DNA of 64,000 bases from Candidatus Kapaibacterium sp. (lineage in GTDB: Bacteria > Bacteroidota > Ignavibacteria > Kapaibacteriales > UBA2268): contig OY761611.1 of the NCBI GenBank assembly GCA_963664875.1, positions 1,312,001 through 1,376,000 of the forward strand, given 5' to 3'. The notes under the pieces are model-generated. The model was not told the origin of the DNA and did no database searches. It saw only the letters and a list, made by a program, of their open reading frames with translations. Both the position numbers and the translations under genes were made by a program. How positions within the stretch are numbered: the first letter of the stretch is position 1; every line of letters starts with the position of its first letter. Shown here piece after piece: positions 11,272 through 21,470 of the stretch.

Positions 11272-11847
11272 TTATTTTTTAAGCAGGGATATATAGAAGT
11301 CAAATTGAGTTTGTAGTGGATAGTTACCGTCGCTCATGATATAACTAATCTGCCAACCATGAAAGCAGTCAAAGAAGAGAGCAATATGTTGCTCAGGAGT
11401 TGTAATTGATAATCTATTTAAGTATAAATTTGAAATAAAGTGATAAATTTCCATGCCATGAGAAGCCATATACTCCCTGACAATTGAAGTATAACGATTA
11501 TCGATTGTAATTTGAGTTATCAGGCGCCAGTACTTAAAGTTATCTTTCAAAGATTTTTCAAATCCGTCTAAAAAAAATCTAAAATCATTCCATGGATTTT
11601 CCGATTCTTCAGGTGGAATAAATTCGAAGATAAGGGATGTTCCGTCCTTTAGAAGTGTTGACAGTATTTCTTCTTTACTTTCAAAATAATGATACAATGA
11701 GCCTTTTGCAAGTCCGGTTTCTTTGGCAATCATGCTAATCGTTGTAGATTTAAAACCATGTGTTGCAAATAGCTCTAAGGACGTTTCTAAAATATCAGTC
11801 CGAGACCTATCTCTTCTCTGCTCATTATATGTTTTTTTTTCCGCCAT
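11272..11847 (-). CDS. TetR/AcrR family regulator
   Basis: N-terminal HTH: LFATHGFKSTTISMIAKETGLAKGSLYHYFESKEEI. Confidence 0.95.
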   Translation of the reverse strand: MAEKKTYNEQRRDRSRTDILETSLELFATHGFKSTTISMIAKETGLAKGSLYHYFESKEEILSTLLKDGTSLIFEFIPPEESENPWNDFRFFLDGFEKSLKDNFKYWRLITQITIDNRYTSIVREYMASHGMEIYHFISNLYLNRLSITTPEQHIALFFDCFHGWQISYIMSDGNYPLQTQFDFYISLLKK

Positions 11848-11861
11848 ACATCATATAAAAT

Positions 11862-11890
11862 AAAAAAGTGGGTTGCAAAACACAACCCAC
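11862..11890 (-). terminator. Terminator after mutB
   Basis: GTGGGTTG...CAACCCAC hairpin with a U6 tract on the minus strand. Confidence 0.75.
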
Positions 11891-11915
11891 CAAAGATAAG
11901 GAAATTTTATATATC

Positions 11916-14108
11916 TTATTCAGCTACTGCTTCAAATAATATGTTCATTAGTTTTTTAGCAGCATCAGGAATAACAGTACCAGGTCCAAAAATTTCGGCA
12001 CAACCTGCATTATAAAGATATTCGTAGTCTTGCTGAGGAATTACCCCACCTGCAATTACAATGATATCATCTCTACCGAGTTTTTTGAGTTCTTCGATGA
12101 GCTGAGGCACTAAAGTTTTGTGACCGGCAGCAAGCGAAGATACGCCTACGATGTGTACGTCGTTTTCTACTGCTTGCTTAGCCGACTCTTCCGGAGTTTG
12201 GAACAAAGGTCCCATATCTACGTCAAAGCCAAGGTCAGCGTAGGCAGTAGCAACTACTTTTGCACCGCGGTCGTGACCGTCTTGTCCCATTTTTGCAATC
12301 ATAATACGAGGACGGCGACCTTCCTGCTCTTCGAATTTGTCAGTCATAGCTCTTACTTCGTCGATAACAGACTGCTCAGCAAATTCGCTTGAGTACACAC
12401 CTGAAATCGAGCGAATTACAGCTTGATGTCTGCCTGTAATTTTTTCGATCGCATAAGATATTTCACCGAGAGAAGCACGAGCCTGAGCAGCTTTCACTGA
12501 AAGGTCAAGCAAGTTACCTTCGCCTGTTTCAGTTGTTTTAGTGATAGCTTCAAGCCAGTAGCGTACATCATCTTCATTACGATTAGCACGCAACTCTTCC
12601 AAACGTTTAATCTGAGATTGGCGAACAGAAGTATTGTCAATTTCAAGAATTTCGAGTGGATCTTCTTTATCAAGGCGATATTTATTGATACCGGTGATGA
12701 TTTCAGTGCCTGAATCAATTCTTGCCTGCTTACGAGCAGCAGCTTCTTCGATACGCATTTTAGGAATACCTGATTCGATAGCTTTTGCCATACCACCAAG
12801 TTCTTCGACTTCCTGAATGTGAGCCCATGCTTTTTTGATTAGCTCGTTTGTAAGAGCTTCTACATAGTAAGAGCCTCCCCAAGGATCGATAACTCGAGTG
12901 ATGCTTGTTTCTTCCTGCAAGTAAATCTGAGTATTACGAGCAATACGAGCAGAGAAATCTGTAGGTAAAGCGATAGCTTCGTCAAGTGCATTTGTGTGCA
13001 ATGACTGAGTGTGTCCCAATGCAGCACCCATAGCTTCGATACAAGTACGGGCAACGTTATTGAACGGATCCTGCTCAGTAAGAGACCAGCCTGAAGTCTG
13101 AGAGTGAGTACGCAATGCAAGAGATTTAGGGTTCTTAGGATTGAACTGATTAACGATTTTAGCCCAAAGAACGCGAGCTGCACGCATTTTTGCAATTTCC
13201 ATGAAGTAATTCATGCCTATTGCCCAGAAGAACGACAAACGAGGCGCAAACGCATCTACGTCGATTCCTGCAGCGATACCGGTTCTCAAATATTCCAAAC
13301 CGTCTGCCAAAGTATAACCCATTTCAAGGTCAGCAGTAGCACCTGCTTCCTGCATGTGGTAGCCGGAAATAGAGATACTGTTAAACTTAGGCATTTTCTG
13401 AGAAGTAAACTCAAAAATGTCAGCAATTATTTTCATAGAGATTTGTGGCGGGTAAATGTAAGTGTTACGCACCATATACTCTTTCAAAATATCATTTTGA
13501 ATAGTACCGGATAAATCTTCCAATTTGGCACCTTGCTCCAAAGCAGAGGAGATATAGAATGCCATGACAGGAAGCACTGCACCATTCATAGTCATAGATA
13601 CAGAAATTTTATCTAAAGGAATGCCATCAAATAAAACTTTAGTATCCATTATAGAATCGATTGCCACACCGGCTTTACCTACGTCACCCACTACTCGAGG
13701 GTGGTCAGAGTCATAGCCACGGTGAGTTGCCAAGTCAAAGGCAACTGAAAGACCTTTTTGACCTGCAGCAAGGTTACGGCGGTAAAATGCGTTAGACTCT
13801 TCGGCAGTAGAGAAACCTGCATACTGGCGAATTGTCCATGGCTGAGCGACATACATAGTCGGATACGGGCCACGCAAATTAGGTGCGATACCTGCAGTAA
13901 AAGGCAAGTGAGGCAATTCTTTAATATCATCTAAGGTATAAATAGGATTTATGTCGATCTGTTCCATAGATTTGGAAATCATCTCTTCATAATTCTTACC
14001 TGTTTCCTTTTCGAATTTTAGCTTCCAATCTTCCCTGCTAATTTCGGGAAAAGCTTGATCGAATTTTATATTAGAAAAATCAGGTGTTTTCATTTTATCA
14101 AACTCCAT
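11916..14108 (-). CDS. mutB: Methylmalonyl-CoA mutase, large (catalytic) subunit
   Basis: [17 protein letters not shown] and the B12-binding motif GQDGHDRG (DxHxxG). Confidence 0.97.
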   Translation of the reverse strand: MEFDKMKTPDFSNIKFDQAFPEISREDWKLKFEKETGKNYEEMISKSMEQIDINPIYTLDDIKELPHLPFTAGIAPNLRGPYPTMYVAQPWTIRQYAGFSTAEESNAFYRRNLAAGQKGLSVAFDLATHRGYDSDHPRVVGDVGKAGVAIDSIMDTKVLFDGIPLDKISVSMTMNGAVLPVMAFYISSALEQGAKLEDLSGTIQNDILKEYMVRNTYIYPPQISMKIIADIFEFTSQKMPKFNSISISGYHMQEAGATADLEMGYTLADGLEYLRTGIAAGIDVDAFAPRLSFFWAIGMNYFMEIAKMRAARVLWAKIVNQFNPKNPKSLALRTHSQTSGWSLTEQDPFNNVARTCIEAMGAALGHTQSLHTNALDEAIALPTDFSARIARNTQIYLQEETSITRVIDPWGGSYYVEALTNELIKKAWAHIQEVEELGGMAKAIESGIPKMRIEEAAARKQARIDSGTEIITGINKYRLDKEDPLEILEIDNTSVRQSQIKRLEELRANRNEDDVRYWLEAITKTTETGEGNLLDLSVKAAQARASLGEISYAIEKITGRHQAVIRSISGVYSSEFAEQSVIDEVRAMTDKFEEQEGRRPRIMIAKMGQDGHDRGAKVVATAYADLGFDVDMGPLFQTPEESAKQAVENDVHIVGVSSLAAGHKTLVPQLIEELKKLGRDDIIVIAGGVIPQQDYEYLYNAGCAEIFGPGTVIPDAAKKLMNILFEAVAE

Positions 14109-14143
14109 TTCAAAAATTTTCTTTTACAAAAGTCTAACAGAAA

Positions 14144-16288
14144 TTACTTTCTGATACCGATTTGTTTCTGCAGGTTATAATTGATTTCATAAGCATTGGC
14201 TTTGACGTGAATAAATTCGTCAACTCCGGCAGCTTTGAAATTGTCAATATGGTCTGCAGGGTAACCAGCCACTACAACTTTAGCAGTAGGTTTAGCATCT
14301 TTAACAAGTTTTGTAAATTCAGGAACAAATTCAGGGTATTTGTCATCTGTCGAGCAGATCACCACAATTTCAGCTCCTGATTCCAAGAATGCTTTGCAAG
14401 CATCTTCGTTATTAGAAAAGCCTTTTGATTCGACTGCTTTGAAAGCAGCTACCTGGAAGAAGTCAAGAGAGAAATCACTTCTTGCTTTCCAGTCACGCAC
14501 GGCTCCAAAACTTGCAAGATAGACTTTCGGATAGTCGCCGTTAGCTTCTTTGTAATCTTCGGCAACTTGTCTGAGTTCTTCAAATTTAGCACCAGCTCTA
14601 TATTCTTTGATTGGTTCTACTTCTGTAGCTTCGCCTCTCATATCTTTGAAGATATTGAGTAGCTCGGAAGAGCTTGCACCAGCCTGAGCAGCATCGATAG
14701 CAATATCGAAGCATTTGCCTGCCTGAGCTTTAACTTCTTCGGTCAAATCTTTTAGTAAACCATAAACTCTTTCGCTGTCGCGGCTGTTGCAAAATTCGCC
14801 GAAAGCTTTCATTCTGTTGTCGAAAACTTCCTGACCATAAACTTTTGCAGTAGTTACAGGTTTTTCCTGAAGATTTGCATATTTATTAGTACCAAGCAAA
14901 GAATCTTTACGTAATTCGAGATTTTTGTTTCTTTTATTAGTAATATCGATGATTGCAGCTTGTATCTTGCCTTCTTTGAGAGATGCAACGATACCACCGT
15001 CTTTTTCAGTAGCTGCAAATAGTTCCCATGCTTTTTCAGTTACCTGATAAGTTAGTGTTTCTACATAATAAGAACCACCGGCAGGGTCAACTAATTCTTT
15101 GAAGTGAGTTTCATCAGCAAAAACGTTTTGTACGTTTCGTGTGATGCGTCGAGTAATGTCATTAGGGAGACCATACGCATCATCTACATAAGATAAGTGC
15201 ATGGAGTCGCAACCGCCAATTACAGCTGAGAACGCTTCTGATGTGATACGAAGCAAGTTTACATACGGGTCGTATTTTGTTTTGTTCACATTAGAAGATT
15301 TGGCATGCATAAAGATTTTTTGTGATTCTTCATTGCCGCCGAATTCTTTAACGATTTTCGCCCAAAGCATTCTCGCAGCTCTGAATTTTGCGATTTCCAT
15401 GAAGAAATTTTGACCTATACCAAATTTAAAACGGAAGCGAGGTGCAATATCATCAATTGACAAGCCCATTTCCATAAATCTGCGTATGTATTCCACTGCA
15501 GATGACATAGCGAAAGCAAGTTCCTGCACAGCAGTAGCACCACCATCAGCGAAAACTGCACCATTGATGGTGATAGATTTCATCTGAGGAGCGTTATCTT
15601 TCATCCAGCCGGTCAAGCGGCATGCTTCGAAGAAAAGTGCATCCAAAGAGCCACAAACTTTACCTGCGCCGGCAAGTTCACCGATAACGTCCATTTCGAT
15701 GCCGCCTTTTACAGATTTGATATCTATGCCGTTTTTGCGGCAGTATGCTGCAAACTGAGCAGTTACAGCAAGGGCTTGAGTTCCTGCATTGATAAATACA
15801 GGCACTTTTGTAAGGTCGATGCCATCAAAAGCTTTTTCCATGTCGTTGACAGTAGAAAGATACAAGCCTTGGTAAGCATCGCTACCGTTTTTGATAGCAT
15901 TTGCTGTGATTTTTGCAGAAGCTTTGTTGAGTTGGATATTTAATGCACTCTGACCGCGTTGAAGGTCACTTTTAGCTGCAGCGTTAAACTCTTCAGGAGT
16001 AGGATAAGGAATTTCCTGACTGATGAACCATGTACCTTTAGTATATCCTGCTGCAGAAGTACCTCTCAAGTAAGGATAAGCACCGGAGTACTGGTTATTC
16101 ATCAAAGGTAAACTATCACGATCTTCTTTGTTGTAAATTGGTTGAAGCGTGATGCCTTCGTAAGTTTCGGTGTACATTTTTTTGTCAAATGGAGCACCCT
16201 TGAGTGCTTTTTCTGCCTGAATTTTCCAATCTTCATAAGAAGGAATTGAAAATTCGCTGAAAAAGTCTTTAGTAATTTCAACTGACAT
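14144..16288 (-). CDS. mutA: Methylmalonyl-CoA mutase, small subunit
   Basis: FFMEIAKFRAARMLW, DPAGGSYYVETLT and ICSTDDKY; lacks DxHxxG; lies directly upstream of mutB. Confidence 0.93.
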   Translation of the reverse strand: MSVEITKDFFSEFSIPSYEDWKIQAEKALKGAPFDKKMYTETYEGITLQPIYNKEDRDSLPLMNNQYSGAYPYLRGTSAAGYTKGTWFISQEIPYPTPEEFNAAAKSDLQRGQSALNIQLNKASAKITANAIKNGSDAYQGLYLSTVNDMEKAFDGIDLTKVPVFINAGTQALAVTAQFAAYCRKNGIDIKSVKGGIEMDVIGELAGAGKVCGSLDALFFEACRLTGWMKDNAPQMKSITINGAVFADGGATAVQELAFAMSSAVEYIRRFMEMGLSIDDIAPRFRFKFGIGQNFFMEIAKFRAARMLWAKIVKEFGGNEESQKIFMHAKSSNVNKTKYDPYVNLLRITSEAFSAVIGGCDSMHLSYVDDAYGLPNDITRRITRNVQNVFADETHFKELVDPAGGSYYVETLTYQVTEKAWELFAATEKDGGIVASLKEGKIQAAIIDITNKRNKNLELRKDSLLGTNKYANLQEKPVTTAKVYGQEVFDNRMKAFGEFCNSRDSERVYGLLKDLTEEVKAQAGKCFDIAIDAAQAGASSSELLNIFKDMRGEATEVEPIKEYRAGAKFEELRQVAEDYKEANGDYPKVYLASFGAVRDWKARSDFSLDFFQVAAFKAVESKGFSNNEDACKAFLESGAEIVVICSTDDKYPEFVPEFTKLVKDAKPTAKVVVAGYPADHIDNFKAAGVDEFIHVKANAYEINYNLQKQIGIRK

Positions 16289-16461
16289 AGCTATTCACTT
16301 GAAGTTTTTAATACAAACAAGGCACACAATCAAGTGTGCCTTACACGTCCTAATAATTTATCCAAATTAAAAAGAAAAACAAAAACCCAAAAAAGTTTTT
16401 TGCCTCTCTTAGTGCTATTTAATCAAAAACTTACGTAAATATCTATCAGTTTTATTATAGT

Positions 16462-17505
16462 TTAAATAATAAGCATTGCATCGCCATAAGCCAGGAATCT
16501 ATATTCGTCTTTCATTGCCTGCTTGTATGCTTTGAAGATAAGCTCTTTTTCGCCGAAAGCAGATGCTACAAGCAACGATGGTGATGCAGGCGGATGGAAA
16601 TTAGTCAAAAATCTTGTAACGATTTTGAAATCGTATTGCGGATAGATAAATTTATCTGTCCAGCCTCTGTTAGGTTTGACAGCACCTGTAGTAAGCACCG
16701 AAGCTTCGAGAGCTCGAACAACCGAAGTGCCGACAGCGTAGATATTTTTCTTATTTTTTAGCGATTTATTGATTGTTTCAGCAGCTTTCATTGATATTTC
16801 GAAATATTCGGAATACATTCTATGTTTAGTAAGGTCTTCTACTTCGATTTTTTCGAATACACCTTGTCCGATATTTAAAATTATCTTTGCGACTTTCACA
16901 CCTTTATCTTCGAGTGCTTTTATCATCTCTTCTGTAAAGTGCAAGCCTGCTGTAGGTGGAGCAATAGAAGCTAACTGATTAGGATTAGCAAAGACACACT
17001 GATAAGTTTCTTTGTCCTTTTCCTCAGGTTCGCGTTTGATATATTCGGGCAAAGGCATCTCCCCTATGCGTTCTATAACTTTGAAAAGATTGCCTTCGTA
17101 GCTGAAACGTACTGTTCTGCCACGGGAAGTAGTATTATCTATTACTTCGCAGTAGAACTTTCCATTATCAAAATAGATTTTATTGCCTATTCTGACTTTT
17201 CTTGCAGGTTCTACAAGGACATCCCAAATTCTTTCGTCGGCTTTCAATTCTCTCAAAAGCATAACTTCGATTTTGGCATTTGTCTTTTCTTTTTTACCAT
17301 AGAGTCTTGCCGGAAATACTTTCGTTTCGTTTAGAACAATACAGTCCCCTTTTTGGAAATAGTCAAGCAAGTCAGAAAACTGCTTGTTTTCCATTTCACC
17401 GGTTTCACGGTTCACCACCATCATTCTAGCAGCATCACGAGGCTCTGCAGGATATTTGGCAACGGCATTTTTAGGGAGTGTGTACTTAAATTCTGAAAGT
17501 TTCAT
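16462..17505 (-). CDS. queA: SAM:tRNA ribosyltransferase-isomerase
   Basis: NETKVFPARL, MPLPEYIKR, PTAGLHFT, TNFH and YGDAMLI motifs. Confidence 0.97.
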   Translation of the reverse strand: MKLSEFKYTLPKNAVAKYPAEPRDAARMMVVNRETGEMENKQFSDLLDYFQKGDCIVLNETKVFPARLYGKKEKTNAKIEVMLLRELKADERIWDVLVEPARKVRIGNKIYFDNGKFYCEVIDNTTSRGRTVRFSYEGNLFKVIERIGEMPLPEYIKREPEEKDKETYQCVFANPNQLASIAPPTAGLHFTEEMIKALEDKGVKVAKIILNIGQGVFEKIEVEDLTKHRMYSEYFEISMKAAETINKSLKNKKNIYAVGTSVVRALEASVLTTGAVKPNRGWTDKFIYPQYDFKIVTRFLTNFHPPASPSLLVASAFGEKELIFKAYKQAMKDEYRFLAYGDAMLII

Positions 17506-17732
17506 TTACTCTGCCCTTTTGTATATATATTTTCGATATTTTTCTTATTCTTTTGGAAAGCCTACTGTGTGGTTTTGATCATTTTGCAGGGTATTCTTTT
17601 TTGATTGTAAAACACTGCAATGCTATAACTCAAAATATTTCAAAACCTCCGACTCCACAAATACTTTTTATAAAGCATAACGAGTCCTCAAGTGAATTTA
17701 GAGAACTCGTTAGCGTTCTTTATATTTGATTC

Positions 17733-19592
17733 TTATTTAGAAGTAGCTTTTTCCATGAACTCTGTCATTCTCTTTACGAAATCGCTTGGTTTTTGTATGT
17801 ACCCTTCTATCAGCAAAGCACCTTGATATAATTGTTCGACGCTTTCTCTGAGAATTTCGCTTTCTTTATTTTCTCCAAGCAATGTAGCTAAGTTTTTGAT
17901 AAGCCCATGCGAAGTATTAATTTCTAAAATTCGTTTAGAACCTTTGAATTGTTTATCGAGAAGCTGCATCATTTTTTCCATGTGAGCATCCATTCCTGCT
18001 TTGCCGACAACTAAAGTAACAGCAGAATCTACCAACCTTTGAGATTCGACCACATCCTCTACTTCATCGCCGAGCACTTCTTTGAAATACTCGATAATGG
18101 ATTTGGTTTGTGACTCATCTAATTTACTTTCGTCATTGTCATCTCTTTTAATTTCTGCTTTTTCTATTGATACTATCTGCTTGCCGTCATATTCGTTGAT
18201 ATACGGTATGGTAAATATATCAGCAGGATCAGTAAGCAAAAGCACTTCGATGTCATTTTTGCGGAAATATTCCAAATTAGGATTAGTTTCCAATGACTCG
18301 CGAGTGTTGCCTGAAATATAATATATTTTATTATCGTTGGCTTCGCCCATTCTTGCAACATAAGAGTTGAAAGAAGTAAGTTCGCCCGCTTCGGTTTTTG
18401 TAGTTTCAAATCTTAGAAGCTCGACTATTCTGTCTTTATTAGCAAAATCGGCATTTACTCCGGTTTTGAATAAGCTGCCAAAATTGTTATAAAATGTTTC
18501 ATATTTTTCTTTGTCTTTATCAGCCCATTCTTCCAATAGCCCCAGCACTTTGCCGGTTAAAATACTTTTTATTTTAGCCATGACAGGACTGTTTTGAGTA
18601 ACTTCTCGAGATACATTTAGAGGCAAATCCTCAGTATCGACTACACCTTTAAGGAATTCTAGATAATCAGGAAGCAGATTTTTTGCATCATCTTGTATAA
18701 ATACTTTGCTTGAATAAAGATGAATAGATTTGTCCTGAGATGCTCTGAAAACATCAGGAGGTGCTACTTTCGGAACAAAAAGCAATGCTTTGAAATTGAC
18801 GTTGCCTTCGATGTTCAAATGTAAATTGCCTAAAGGCTCCTGATAGTCATTAGATATGAATTTATAAAATTCGTTCAGCTCATCTTCGCTGATGTCGTCT
18901 TTTCGTTTATGCCACAAGGCAGTAACTTTGTTTACTTTCTCTTCGCCTACATACAAAGGGAAATCAACAAAATTAGAATATTTTTGCAAAATGTCTTTTA
19001 TTCTGTAATCGCTTGCAAAATCTTTGTATTCTTCTTTGAATTTGAAGCTTATTTTTGTGCCTCTTGACTCTTTGTCAGACTCCACTATTTCGAAAGTATC
19101 ATGCCCTTCGGAAATCCATTTATATGCCTTGGCACCCTGCTCTGCAAATCTGGTTTCTACAGTAACTTCATCAGTTACCATAAACAATGAATAGAAGCCG
19201 ACCCCAAACTGCCCAATCATATTAGCGTCTAAGCTCTGCTTGCTTTCTTTCATCTGTCTGATAAATTCCATTGTGCCTGAACTTGCGATAGTGCCAAGTC
19301 TGCCTGTCAAATCTTCTTTGGTCATGCCGATGCCGCTATCTTCAATTGTGAACTCTGAAGTATCGGGATTGACACTTATCCTGATAGTAAGCTCAGCATC
19401 CGAATCGACAATGTCAGGGTTTGTTAGTTTCATAAATCTGACTTTATTAAGAGCGTCAGAGGAGTTAGAAACAAGTTCCCTTAAAAATATTTCGGGATTT
19501 GTGTAAAGTGAATGGATAATCAACTGCAGCAATTGCTTCATCTCAGCCTTAAACTCGAACTTTTCTGCTGCCATACTCTTATTCTGTTCCAT
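17733..19592 (-). CDS. htpG: Hsp90 chaperone HtpG
   Basis: FLRELVSNSSDA, IGQFGVGFYS and DLPLNVSRE motifs. Confidence 0.98.
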   Translation of the reverse strand: MEQNKSMAAEKFEFKAEMKQLLQLIIHSLYTNPEIFLRELVSNSSDALNKVRFMKLTNPDIVDSDAELTIRISVNPDTSEFTIEDSGIGMTKEDLTGRLGTIASSGTMEFIRQMKESKQSLDANMIGQFGVGFYSLFMVTDEVTVETRFAEQGAKAYKWISEGHDTFEIVESDKESRGTKISFKFKEEYKDFASDYRIKDILQKYSNFVDFPLYVGEEKVNKVTALWHKRKDDISEDELNEFYKFISNDYQEPLGNLHLNIEGNVNFKALLFVPKVAPPDVFRASQDKSIHLYSSKVFIQDDAKNLLPDYLEFLKGVVDTEDLPLNVSREVTQNSPVMAKIKSILTGKVLGLLEEWADKDKEKYETFYNNFGSLFKTGVNADFANKDRIVELLRFETTKTEAGELTSFNSYVARMGEANDNKIYYISGNTRESLETNPNLEYFRKNDIEVLLLTDPADIFTIPYINEYDGKQIVSIEKAEIKRDDNDESKLDESQTKSIIEYFKEVLGDEVEDVVESQRLVDSAVTLVVGKAGMDAHMEKMMQLLDKQFKGSKRILEINTSHGLIKNLATLLGENKESEILRESVEQLYQGALLIEGYIQKPSDFVKRMTEFMEKATSK

Positions 19593-19810
19593 CTCGCTAT
19601 TCCATCCTAAATGTTAAACAAAAACAAGAATTGCCAAAAAATCGACGAAAAAAAATTTCTGCTATTGAAAATTTATTATCTTACAATTTGAGAAAACATA
19701 TTTCGATTTTTATGATAGTATCTTTTTGCTAAATGCGTAATTCGTCAAAGGTACAAAGATAATAAATCGCTCTAATTGTTTGAATTAAAATATTTTATTT
19801 ATAAAGCCAA

Positions 19811-21343
19811 ATGATAGCTTTCCGTACGATTATAGCAGTATTCTGCACAATTTTTTTATTTCTGAATGCAAACGCTCAGGATACTATTCCTATTCAGGAT
19901 TCTGTGAGAAGCCTCCCCACTGTCAAGCTTTCCAAGACAGATGAGCTACGCAATGATATCAACGGACTATTAGAAAATCCCGACTTTGCTAATGCTTCTA
20001 TTGGTGTTTGCATCCAGTCTATTAAAACAGGTGAATATCTATATAAGTTCAATCATACTAAAAATTTTGTTCCTGCTTCTACATTGAAACTATTTACTAC
20101 CGGTGCAGGCTTGGAGTATTTGGGTAGTGATTTCCGATTTTACACGCGTTTGTTTTTGGACGGCTCTATTTCCGGTAATGGTGAATTTTCTGGTAACATA
20201 ATAATACAGGGTACAGGCGATCCGAGCTTATCGGCAGCTTACGATATCGATCCTCAGCTAATATTGGAGTCTTGGGCAGATGTGTTGGATTCCCTGAATA
20301 TTACTTCTATCAAGGGAAATATTCTTGGTGATGCCACATATCTTGATAATACCTACTACGCTCCTGGCTGGGCTTGGGATGATTTGCCAAGCGCTTACTC
20401 TGCTCAAATCAGTGCTCTTTCTTTTAATGATAATGTGATAGATATTACTGTAACACAAGGTGAATCCATTGGCTCGCCTGCTACTATTTCTGTTGCTCCT
20501 GACAATAATTATGTCAGAATTATAAATTACATCACTACGACTGACAACACCACACCCGAAGAAATGGTGGTAATCAAAGAGCCTGGCACTAACATAGTAG
20601 AGCTTTACGGAGCGGTCAATTATGATTCGGTTAGTACTCACACCCTTTCAAGAAGCGTAACGATAGACAATCCGGTATTATTTTTTTTGAATCAGTTTCA
20701 GTTAGCTTTAAAAACTAAGAATATAAGATTTCGGGGTGCCTTGCTGAGCAGTTTGGATTGGAATGACAAACTTGACTATTCATCAATGAAGCTGATTGCA
20801 GAGCATGCTTCACCTCCACTGAGTGAAATAATAAAAATTGTGAACAAAAACAGCTCCAATATCAGTGCTGAGTTGCTTTTGAAAATAGTTGGCAGAGAAT
20901 TTCGCGGGCTTGGAAGCACAAGTGCCGGAATAGATTGCGTGCATGATTTTTTAAAAAAGAAAAGCGTTTCGATAGCGAACAGCAGCATAGTAGATGGATC
21001 GGGACTTTCGCGGCTAAACCTTGTTTCGCCGAGATATTTGGTTAACTATTTGCTTGCAATGTACCGAAGCAAATATAAAGATATTTTTACGGCTTCGCTT
21101 GCAGAGCCAAACAAAGAAGGAACTTTAGCCAATCGTATGAAAATGTCGCTTGCAGAAAAGAAAGTGAAAGCAAAAACCGGTTCAATGAATCATATTTCGA
21201 ACATAGCAGGCTATGTCAGCACCCGGGACGGAGAGGAACTCGCTTTTGCAATAATGATAAACAACTACACAGTCCCACGCAGCTTAGCCGAAAACCTGCA
21301 AGATCTAATTTTGATGCGACTCGCCGGTTTTTCGAGGAAGTAA
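19811..21343 (+). CDS. dacB: D-Ala-D-Ala carboxypeptidase/endopeptidase (PBP4, peptidase S13)
   Basis: PASTLK (SxxK), SSN (SxN), DGSGLSR and KTG motifs. Confidence 0.95.
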   Translation: MIAFRTIIAVFCTIFLFLNANAQDTIPIQDSVRSLPTVKLSKTDELRNDINGLLENPDFANASIGVCIQSIKTGEYLYKFNHTKNFVPASTLKLFTTGAGLEYLGSDFRFYTRLFLDGSISGNGEFSGNIIIQGTGDPSLSAAYDIDPQLILESWADVLDSLNITSIKGNILGDATYLDNTYYAPGWAWDDLPSAYSAQISALSFNDNVIDITVTQGESIGSPATISVAPDNNYVRIINYITTTDNTTPEEMVVIKEPGTNIVELYGAVNYDSVSTHTLSRSVTIDNPVLFFLNQFQLALKTKNIRFRGALLSSLDWNDKLDYSSMKLIAEHASPPLSEIIKIVNKNSSNISAELLLKIVGREFRGLGSTSAGIDCVHDFLKKKSVSIANSSIVDGSGLSRLNLVSPRYLVNYLLAMYRSKYKDIFTASLAEPNKEGTLANRMKMSLAEKKVKAKTGSMNHISNIAGYVSTRDGEELAFAIMINNYTVPRSLAENLQDLILMRLAGFSRK

Positions 21344-21470
21344 ATCTCATCACTGTTGGTTTATACAATTGGTGTTAGTTCGGCAGATTTGCTATGAGTA
21401 TAAGATATATAAATCTCGAAAAAATTTACTCCCATGGTAGTCTATGGTCTATTCCACCTAAAACCCAATT

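Noticed and set aside
16289-16461. Cobalamin riboswitch upstream of mutA
   Set aside because: Only a simple AAGGCACAC/GTGTGCCTT hairpin (16319-16342); no B12-box consensus seen.
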